A stretch of DNA of 64,000 nucleotides from Strigamia acuminata (Eukaryota), in assembly GCA_949358305.1 (NCBI GenBank), contig OX442314.1, positions 3,224,001 to 3,288,000 of the forward strand. The letters run 5' to 3'. This document shows positions 1 through 8,110 of the stretch, one piece after another. Made by a program: the position numbers and the translations under genes. Below the pieces are notes generated by a model, which did not search any database, was not told the origin of the DNA, and saw only the letters and a list, made by a program, of their open reading frames with translations. Position 1 is the first letter of the stretch. Each line of letters starts with the position of its first letter.

Positions 1-68
1 TTTAGAAAGAATGTTTTTTCTTCTAAAATGGAAGTGAAAGGAATTCTGCCTCTCATGTGAATTCTGCC

Positions 69-558
69 TCTCATGTGAAATTCTCATGTTTATGAGTTTT
101 TGACTTTCGATCTTATTCATATAAAAATTTAGAGTTTCGACCTTATTCATGAATCGGGGGTCGACCGACTCGAATCGGGGGTCCCCCGATTCATGAATAA
201 GGCCGACTCGAATCGGGGGTCGACCAACTCGGGATGGGATACTTGGGTCGAAATGAATAAGGTCGAAACAGGATTTCGACCTTATTCATTTCGACCCTAG
301 TCATTTCTGTATGTCTAATTTTGACCTTCTTCATGAATAAGATCGAAACATCATTTTGACCTTAGTCATTTCGACCTTATTCATGAATAAGATCGAAATA
401 GGATTTCGACTTTAGTCATTTCGACCCTAGTCATTTCGGTGTATGTAATTTCGACCTTATTCATGAATAAGGTCAAAACTTTAAATTTTTATATGAATAA
501 GGTCGAAAGTCAAAAACTCAAAAACATGAGAATTTCACATGAGAATCTCGTGTCTTCT
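69..558. mobile_element. Non-autonomous palindromic MITE/foldback-like repeat built of TTCGACCTTATTCAT and GAATCGGGGGTCGACCGACTC units
   Basis: About 69-160 is the reverse complement of about 450-545; a second copy of the family starts at about 43645; no ORF. Confidence 0.6.
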
Positions 559-784
559 CTCGTTTTCTAATAACAATGTAAAAAATGTTTTTTATTTTAT
601 CACTTGTTTTATATTTGCAGGAAACCAGAGCTTCTAGAAGAAACTATTTCATATTTTTCTCATTTATTTTATAAATAAGTAATAAAATAACCTTATTTTA
701 GCCTACATAAAGTTGTTTTTATTTTGATATTAATTTAATTTTTTTTTTGAACGTTAACTGGCAGTATAAAGTGTGTACACACTG

Positions 785-1033
785 TGTTGTAGTAAAAAGT
801 AGGGGACTGGACCCCATAGGATCCCATGTTAAACTTCATTTCTACTCCACAACCGACATTTGAAATATATTTTGGCATTCGAATATTTTAGCCGTAAAAG
901 CGTCGGGCTAACCTAACCTAAGCTAACCTAACCTAATCTAACCTCTAACCTCTCGCGATGTAAAGGTAAAAGGTTAGCTGTAAAAGTGTCGAGCTAACCT
1001 AACCTAATCTAACCTAACCTCTTACCTCTTACG
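785..1033 (+). repeat. Left TIR of the Polinton (249 bp) with internal (CCTAA)n tracts
   Basis: Near-perfect reverse complement of 43029-43277; begins TGTTGTAGTAAAAAGT. Confidence 0.95.
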
Positions 1034-1410
1034 GTTAGGTTTAGGTTAGCCAGTGCAATCTACTATCAAAATCGGTAACCAAAAGTCCCAAATTTGGTCC
1101 GAGGGCCAAATGGTCAAAATGGCGGCCGTTTGGTTACGGGCTTGACCAGATGGTCGAATTTCATTAGGATAGGTCCAAAAAAATGGTTGTGTGTATGAAC
1201 CGGTCAGGTGTCATGTTCCCAGGCAATGACTTAGATGGGTTTCAGGAGCATAAATAAAACGATGCTCACCCTTCAAATTTTTTTTTCACGAGTGAAGAGA
1301 GATTTAATTGCGTGACGTTATAAGGTTCCAAAACCGGTTCCAACTGGTTTTGAAGAGACTTTTCTAGAATGCTCCGTTTTGTGGTTCTTCGAAGCAAAAT
1401 AGAAAAATCG

Positions 1411-1691
1411 AGCGTGGAAACAGTAGCCCTTTCGATCGTAGGGAGGGGGAGCTACTGATTTATCACGGGGTTCGTTGCTCTTTATATACTATTTTGAGCC
1501 GGAAGTAGGTGAAACAGGAAGTGAGTGGTAGCGAGTACCACTCACTTCCGGTTTGGAACATTCTAGAACATTTTAGAAGCTTCTTTTGTACGTCACACTT
1601 CCGGTTTAAAACAGTATATAAAGAGCAACGAACCCCATCATAAATCAGTTCCTCTCCCTCCTTACGATCGAAAGGGCTACTGTTTCCACGC
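1411..1691. promoter_or_regulatory. Divergent promoter pair upstream of pPolB: inverted TATA/Inr cassettes around ETS-like sites and a heat-shock element
   Basis: 1411-1490 is an inverted copy of 1612-1691; TATATAAAG 1615-1623; arthropod-type Inr TCAGTT 1645-1650; CCGGAAGT/ACTTCCGG motifs; nGAAn array 1555-1584. Confidence 0.7.
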
Positions 1692-1791
1692 AAAAATTTC
1701 CAATTTTTTTTCCTTAAAAAAATTTTTCTTAAAACGAACCAGTTTGTTTCAATTTCGAAAATTTTTTTTTTTATATATAAAAAAGGACATA

Positions 1792-4700
1792 ATGAATCAA
1801 TTTAACATCAACCATTGCACGGCATTTTTGAAGAAGAAGAGAGAAGAAGGAAGTCTATCTAAAGACTTTAAACTGAATCACATTAGCCTGGATGCTCTTC
1901 AGAAGAAATGTGCCGAATTCGTAGACTATAAGAAGGTAGTGTCTAATCACTACGAACTGTTATCTTCTATTTTCGACGGCCATTCGCGAACATACTCCGT
2001 CGTGTTCGACGAAACACTTACTTCCATCGAAGACGTTATGACGTCAGCTGCCCGAAACATACAATTATTGGCGTCGGAAGTAGCCGCCGATATGCACTCG
2101 TGCAAATTAAGGGTTGTATTGATATGCAGGTATAGTCACTCAACGAAACCGAAGCCCTGTTACTTTACCTTGACGGCAGGGCCATACGTCATGTTTGGGG
2201 ACGCCATTGACGAGATCATCAGTTTGGCCACGACTCGCCTGGTCGAGAAGAACGTTGAATTTGAGGAGAAATATGACTATTTCAGCTTCGTAAACGTGGA
2301 GTCAATTAAAGTCGACGTGGACGTATTAAACCAGAAAGGCGCCCAAACCTCAACGATACCGATGATCGATTCGAGCGCGGGTCTGCCGTCCGATGTTCGA
2401 AATAAGAAGGCAGTATTGACCTTTGTGATGGACGTGCGTAAATCTTTCGTGTGGGCCGTGCTCGCAGCCTTACACCCTACGGCTACTCATGCCGAACGCT
2501 TAACAAACTACACGAAGTACGAGCACGAATTAAACTTGCAAGGCTTAGAATTCCCGTTGTCTTTCAGAAACGTAGAAAAATTCCAATCGCTGAATCCCGA
2601 TATCGAAATAAATATTTATTTTAGCGTCGGCGATCGCGTGGTTAGATGCGTTAGCGTTCACAGAAACAGGAAACATCACGTTGATCTATTCTTCTACGGC
2701 AACAATCGCTACGGACTGCTGAGGAATGCAAAACGATTGCTGGGATATTTTCAGTGTTATTACTGCGATAACCAATTCAAGAGCTGCGCGGCTAGAGACA
2801 AACACCTGACGATATTTCACTCCGTTGCGGAAGAATCGTCTTATCGGGAACTGGACGAATGTCTGCGCAGAAAAAAGGCCGTCGTAAATGTCCAGAACTC
2901 GGACCAGAAAAGCTTCTTGTGGGCCGTGTTGTCTGCCTTGTATCCGGCGCCCGACCATGTTTGCAGAGCGGCTTATTACGAACAATTTATGGACAAACTC
3001 GATCTCGAAGGGCTCGTTTTTCCCGTCGGTCCGAGAGAAGTCTTAATATTTGAACGAAAAAACACCGATCTCAATATTAACATTTTCGAGCTGGTGTCCA
3101 AGTCGCGGATCGTGCCGATCAAAGTCGATGTTCTCACAAAACGTTCGACAACGATAAACTTGCTCAAGATGCAAGACCATTATATGTGGATAAAAGATTT
3201 TTCTCGACTAATGAGCACGACTGATCATAACAAGCGACATTACTGTCCGAATTGCTGCAACGGCTATTCGAGCGCCACCGTACTCGCGAAACACAAACGA
3301 TTCTGCGGGGAAAACGAAGCCTGCGACACCAAATGTCCGCAAGCTGGAACTGTCTGCACGTTTAAAGGCGAGAAGAAAAAATATCCTTTACCGTACGTTT
3401 GCTACGCCGATTTCGAGGCGTTTTTGGTGCCCGACGAGGAGAACGAACACACGTTGCATTCGGTCACCATTAATTCCCACGAGCCCTGCGGATACCTGTT
3501 TAAAATAGTTTGCACGGAGAACGAAGCTTTTTCCAGGCCGTTACGGCTGTACAGAGGGCCGAACGTCGTCGATCATTTTTTGCAATCGTTGCGCGAGGAA
3601 ATTAAAGCCGTGGTTCGTCATTTTTCCGAATTGGAAACGCGATTCGATCCCGAGACGATGACTCCGTTTCATTGGAACGCCTATAGGAATGCAACAACGT
3701 GTTTCTTATGCGGTGGCGTGTTCACCAAAGAAAAAGGCTGGACTAAAGTGTTGGATCACAACCATTTCACCGGTGAGTTTCGCGGGGCCGCGCACGCCAA
3801 ATGTAACCTCAACTATCATTGGCGAAAATCCGTGCCTATAATTTTCCACAATGGAAAAAAGTACGATTTCCATCTGATATTGCCGCATTTGACCTGCGAG
3901 TCAGAAAAAGTGACCATAATTGCCGAAAACACCGAACTGTACAATTCTTTCACGCTGAGAATCGATACCGGCGATGTTCCAGAAGTGCACCGTTACGTAA
4001 CCCTGAAATTTATGGACTCGTTTCTTTTCCTTTCGAGCAGTTTAGCCAATTTGGCCAAAAGTTTAGACGAGTCGCAGTTCGTTGTCTTTCGAAGCGAGTT
4101 CAAGGGCGAGGCAATCGAGCTTCTGTTGAGAAAAGGAGTCTATCCTTACACGTACATGACCGACACGTCTAAATTTGAAGAAGATCAACTGCCGGCGATA
4201 GAAAAATTCGAAGACATAACCATAGATGACTACCATTACGCCCAGTTAGTGTGGAATAAATTCGGTCTTCAAAACTTGGGCGAATATCACGATTTATATT
4301 TGAAGACCGACACGCTACTTTTGTCAGACATATTCGAACAATTTCGGAAAATGTGCTTGAAACATTATAAGCTTGACCCTTGTCACTATATAACGTTTCC
4401 CAGTCTGACGTTTGACGCCGCGCTGCTCTTCAGCGATGTAAAGCTAGAGCTTATGTCCGACCCCGACATGTACGTGTTCATCGAAAGAGGCATAAGAGGC
4501 GGGGTTGCCACGATCAGCCAACGCTATGCCAAAGCTAACAATCCTCTCCTGGCATCGGGATATGACCCAGAGAAACCAGAGAGTTACATCGTCTACCTCG
4601 ATGCCAACTCCATGTACTCCTGGGCAATGAGCAAACCGCTGCCCGTCGGCAAGTTTGCTTTCGTTGAAAACTTGGCCGAATGGACGCAAGATCGTATTTT

Positions 4701-5796
4701 GACTATGAAAGAGGACGATGAGATGGGATGCATCTTGGAAGTGGATCTGGGATATCCTGCCGAACTGCATTCGTCCCACAACTGTCTGCCTTTGGCTCCG
4801 GAAATGATGCGCCTTGCGGACGACACTTGCCCCAGATTGATCCCTCATTTGCAAGGTCGATGTAATTACATATTGCATTACAGAGCTCTGCAATTGTACT
4901 TGTCCCTCGGCATGACGTTGATAAAAATCAAACGAGTGCTGACGTTTGAACAACGACCATGGTTGGCCGAGTATATCGCGCTGAACATCGAGAAACGCAA
5001 GTCCGCTAGCACTACTTTCGAGCAGGAGTTGGCGAAACTTGCCTGCAACGCCTGTTACGGGAAAACGATGCAGGACGTGAGGAAATATCGGCAATTCTAT
5101 CTGGTGAATAACCTGAAGGATTTGTCTAAGCACGTGGCGCATGCGGGCTTTAAGGCTAAAGAAAATTTAGCGGAAGGATTGGTGTTAGTCGAACGTCGCA
5201 AGCTGGAATTGACCTTAGATAAGCCTATTTACAGCGGACTAACCATCCTGGACTTGTCAAAATGCTTGCTGTATGACTTTCACTATAACGTCATGAGAAA
5301 AAAATTCGGCGACGATGTAAGACTGCTCATGACCGACACCGATAGCTTAATGTACGAAATTGAATCCCCTTCGGTGTACTCGTTTTTCAGAGACGAAGTA
5401 CCCGAAGTCATGGATTTATCCAACTACAACCCACCCGATAGCAGGAATAGGCGCGTCATCGGATGCTTTAAAGACGAAACCGGTGGCGAGCCTATCGACG
5501 AATTCGTCGGTTTGAGGGCAAAGTGCTACGCCTTTAACGTTAACGGGAAAACGAGCATGCGTTGCAAAGGAATCAAAAGAGCCGTCGTGAATAAAGAGCT
5601 GAACTTGGATTCGTATAAAACGATTTTGTTCGACGAGCGCGAAACGAAACGATTAAAGTTTCAAACGTTCAAATCGAACAGGCACGCTATCACGACGGTC
5701 GAAGTGGACAAATTAGCTTTGACCGCAAAAGACAAAAAACGTATCGTATTAGACGACTGCATTCACACTAAAGCTTACGGTTACGTAGACTTATAA
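1792..5796 (+). CDS. polB: Protein-primed family B DNA polymerase (pPolB) with N-terminal vOTU-like/Zn-finger modules and an endonuclease VII/HNH-like insert
   Basis: Exonuclease motifs YADFE, FHNGKKYD, YLKTD; polymerase motifs YLDANSMY, KLACNACYGK, MTDTDS, KCY; DHNHFTGEFRGAAHAKCN insert. First ATG is at 1792; the frame is intact. Confidence 0.96.
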   Translation: MNQFNINHCTAFLKKKREEGSLSKDFKLNHISLDALQKKCAEFVDYKKVVSNHYELLSSIFDGHSRTYSVVFDETLTSIEDVMTSAARNIQLLASEVAADMHSCKLRVVLICRYSHSTKPKPCYFTLTAGPYVMFGDAIDEIISLATTRLVEKNVEFEEKYDYFSFVNVESIKVDVDVLNQKGAQTSTIPMIDSSAGLPSDVRNKKAVLTFVMDVRKSFVWAVLAALHPTATHAERLTNYTKYEHELNLQGLEFPLSFRNVEKFQSLNPDIEINIYFSVGDRVVRCVSVHRNRKHHVDLFFYGNNRYGLLRNAKRLLGYFQCYYCDNQFKSCAARDKHLTIFHSVAEESSYRELDECLRRKKAVVNVQNSDQKSFLWAVLSALYPAPDHVCRAAYYEQFMDKLDLEGLVFPVGPREVLIFERKNTDLNINIFELVSKSRIVPIKVDVLTKRSTTINLLKMQDHYMWIKDFSRLMSTTDHNKRHYCPNCCNGYSSATVLAKHKRFCGENEACDTKCPQAGTVCTFKGEKKKYPLPYVCYADFEAFLVPDEENEHTLHSVTINSHEPCGYLFKIVCTENEAFSRPLRLYRGPNVVDHFLQSLREEIKAVVRHFSELETRFDPETMTPFHWNAYRNATTCFLCGGVFTKEKGWTKVLDHNHFTGEFRGAAHAKCNLNYHWRKSVPIIFHNGKKYDFHLILPHLTCESEKVTIIAENTELYNSFTLRIDTGDVPEVHRYVTLKFMDSFLFLSSSLANLAKSLDESQFVVFRSEFKGEAIELLLRKGVYPYTYMTDTSKFEEDQLPAIEKFEDITIDDYHYAQLVWNKFGLQNLGEYHDLYLKTDTLLLSDIFEQFRKMCLKHYKLDPCHYITFPSLTFDAALLFSDVKLELMSDPDMYVFIERGIRGGVATISQRYAKANNPLLASGYDPEKPESYIVYLDANSMYSWAMSKPLPVGKFAFVENLAEWTQDRILTMKEDDEMGCILEVDLGYPAELHSSHNCLPLAPEMMRLADDTCPRLIPHLQGRCNYILHYRALQLYLSLGMTLIKIKRVLTFEQRPWLAEYIALNIEKRKSASTTFEQELAKLACNACYGKTMQDVRKYRQFYLVNNLKDLSKHVAHAGFKAKENLAEGLVLVERRKLELTLDKPIYSGLTILDLSKCLLYDFHYNVMRKKFGDDVRLLMTDTDSLMYEIESPSVYSFFRDEVPEVMDLSNYNPPDSRNRRVIGCFKDETGGEPIDEFVGLRAKCYAFNVNGKTSMRCKGIKRAVVNKELNLDSYKTILFDERETKRLKFQTFKSNRHAITTVEVDKLALTAKDKKRIVLDDCIHTKAYGYVDL

Positions 5797-5876
5797 ACGT
5801 TTAAAAAAAATAAAATAATAATAAAACCATTTCAAATTCATCTATTTTTTTTTTACGCTGCTTAGCATTAAGGGTT

Positions 5877-6013
5877 AAAGGTTATGGGTTGTAACCCGTA
5901 ACCTTTTTAGCTATACGAATGGATTAATCGATTAATTTTTTAATGCGTACGAGTCTGCAACACGCGGCTTAGCATTAAGGATCAAAGGTTATGGGTTGTA
6001 ACCCATAACCTTT
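5877..6013. terminator. Two perfect hairpins between the convergent ends of pPolB and the coiled-coil gene (putative 3'-end signal)
   Basis: AAAGGTTATGGGTT-GT-AACCCRTAACCTTT at 5877-5906 and 5984-6013; related copies at 40612-40638 and 41332-41359. Confidence 0.4.
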
Positions 6014-6058
6014 TTAGCTATATAAATTAATTAATTGTTTATTTTTTTTTAAATGGTA

Positions 6059-7645
6059 TTAGGCTTCCCATTTACTGCGATCGAATCTGCAATACACATG
6101 GGCGTAAACTCTAATATCCGTACCCCAATCGGTGACGGTAGATATTCTAATATGATCGTTATCGTCGAAATCGACGGTTTTCCCGAAATTGTACGATTTA
6201 AAACATACCACCCTCTCGCTCGGTATTTTTGTAATGCTTGTACGTGGAATATGGAACGTTCGACTGTGCCCGTTAATACGCAAGACAAATTCAAAATCGT
6301 GAGGTACTACCGTGGTGTCATTGGCAGTATACATGAATAAGTTGAGACGAGTTATATGTCCGTGATGAGGAGTATAAAACCTTCCACCACCATAAAATAA
6401 TTTCCACACTTCGGGCACCTTTGGAAACCATTCGTTGTCGTAACGCGTATGTTCGTACCCTATTACCACATCGGCCTGTTCTTCTCCTCCGGTAACATTT
6501 AGACTCGATATTTTGGCTTCTAATTCTGCCAATTTCAGATCGATTTCGTTTTTGTTCGAAGTTAAGGCGGTTTCGATAGTGCCGGCCAATGCAGCCTCGT
6601 CGACGATCGGAATCGCGTCGGTGATTCTCGATATCTCCGCTCGAACGGACTCCAAAACCTCCAACATGTTTTCCTGCAACTGTTTTATTTGATCGTTGGC
6701 TAATTTGATTTTATCGGTAACCTCGTCGACGCTCGCTCGCATTTTATCGGACTTTTCGGAATTTTCCGTCACGTGCTCGTTTAATTTAAGTTTAGTTTCG
6801 TCCAGATCGTTTCGAATGGCAGTACTGGCCGCCTCCAGTTCCGCTTTGGCCGCTTCGATTTTGGTTTTCAAGCCTTCCGTGCTTTCGCTACTGACGCCAG
6901 CTTTTGCGGGTAACGCCTCGATTTGCTCTTGCAAGGTATTAACCTTATTCGCCACGCTCTCTTCTAAGTTCGCAATATCTTCTCGAGCTTGTTTTATCTC
7001 GTTCTTCGAAGCCTCGATGTCGTTTTTGATTTTGTCCACGTCCAGGTTCTGGACCCTGTTTTTTACCGAATCCAACGCGTCGTTTATTTTTGACACTTCC
7101 CTATCCAGTTCGTTTTTATTCGAAGTTACATCAGAGGTCAACGCCGCCAACGCGGTCTTTAAATCATCGATCGCGGATTGCAACTCTGATTTAATATCGT
7201 TTATCATCCCCTTGATTTTTATTTCCAGCGCGGTGATTTGCTGTTGGTTGATTTCCACGCCACCGGAAGCGGCCGCATTATCTACCAGTAGCTTAATGTT
7301 AGCTTCTAATTCTTTAATCTTCTTAATCAAGTCTTGTTCCAACGTTCCGTATTTCAAAGTAGCGTAGGCAATATCGTTTTTGAGTTGATCCAAATCGACC
7401 CCCGAAGCGTGATCTTTCACGGAACGTTTTAACGCGTTCAAATCGTTAATGAGTGAATCGCAACAAGCTTTCAGGGCATCTTTAGTCTTTTGCATCTCCG
7501 CCAAAATTTTCTTTTCGAGCTCGGTTAATGCGTCGTAACCGACATGATCTCCGAGCACTTGATCCACGTCTCGACGTTTACGTTTACCCATTTTATGCAC
7601 CGCGTTCAGACGATAATCGTCTCCTAGCTTATTGACGCTTACCAT
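6059..7645 (-). CDS. Long coiled-coil protein with a C-terminal beta-rich domain (candidate virion fibre/spike)
   Basis: About 528 aa from the ATG at 7645; roughly 350 aa of heptad-like helix, an N-terminal KRKRR and an aromatic beta-type tail. The function is inferred. Confidence 0.65.
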   Translation of the reverse strand: MVSVNKLGDDYRLNAVHKMGKRKRRDVDQVLGDHVGYDALTELEKKILAEMQKTKDALKACCDSLINDLNALKRSVKDHASGVDLDQLKNDIAYATLKYGTLEQDLIKKIKELEANIKLLVDNAAASGGVEINQQQITALEIKIKGMINDIKSELQSAIDDLKTALAALTSDVTSNKNELDREVSKINDALDSVKNRVQNLDVDKIKNDIEASKNEIKQAREDIANLEESVANKVNTLQEQIEALPAKAGVSSESTEGLKTKIEAAKAELEAASTAIRNDLDETKLKLNEHVTENSEKSDKMRASVDEVTDKIKLANDQIKQLQENMLEVLESVRAEISRITDAIPIVDEAALAGTIETALTSNKNEIDLKLAELEAKISSLNVTGGEEQADVVIGYEHTRYDNEWFPKVPEVWKLFYGGGRFYTPHHGHITRLNLFMYTANDTTVVPHDFEFVLRINGHSRTFHIPRTSITKIPSERVVCFKSYNFGKTVDFDDNDHIRISTVTDWGTDIRVYAHVYCRFDRSKWEA

Positions 7646-7710
7646 GTTTTTTTTTAATAGCAAAAAAAAATTTTTAATTTAAACTTTTTTTCTTTTAAAA
7701 TTTTTTTCCT

Positions 7711-8090
7711 TTAACCTTTTTTTGAAATAAAAAAATTGTTCGCTTGCCATTGTTTTAAAACGAACAAGCACAAATGGCCGCACGTGACTTCGTCAAAATC
7801 CTGGTACCGACTGTAATTGTATTTTAAGTCGTCGCCCAAATATTCGTATATTTCCATCGGTGGAGGCAAGTCGCCGAAACTGTCGAAGTACAGCTTGAGA
7901 CTGCCGTTTTTGGCGTACGCGACCCAATGACTACCGCTTTCGCGTTGCGCGTTCAAATTAACGATCCCGCATTCTTTCGATCGGGGTTTGAGGGGTAAAG
8001 CGTCTCGCGAAAACACGCCTCTAAAAAATTTTAGGTTCATTCGATCGGCCAGTTGCTTCAACTGCCGCGAATCCAGCGGTTTTATTTTCG
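7711..8090 (-). CDS. Adenain-like (C5/Ulp1-fold) maturation cysteine protease, copy 1
   Basis: Motifs GSHWV, YFDSFG, YQ and TCGHLC; homology extends upstream of the first ATG and overlaps the core-protein gene in the -1 frame. Confidence 0.9.
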
Positions 8091-8110
8091 CGTCACCGGT
8101 GAGCCGTAAG

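Noticed and set aside
4444..5142. Long antisense ORFs (also 6696-7367, 45247-45933, 55025-55783)
   Set aside because: They are shadows of real genes on the opposite strand and have no recognisable motifs.
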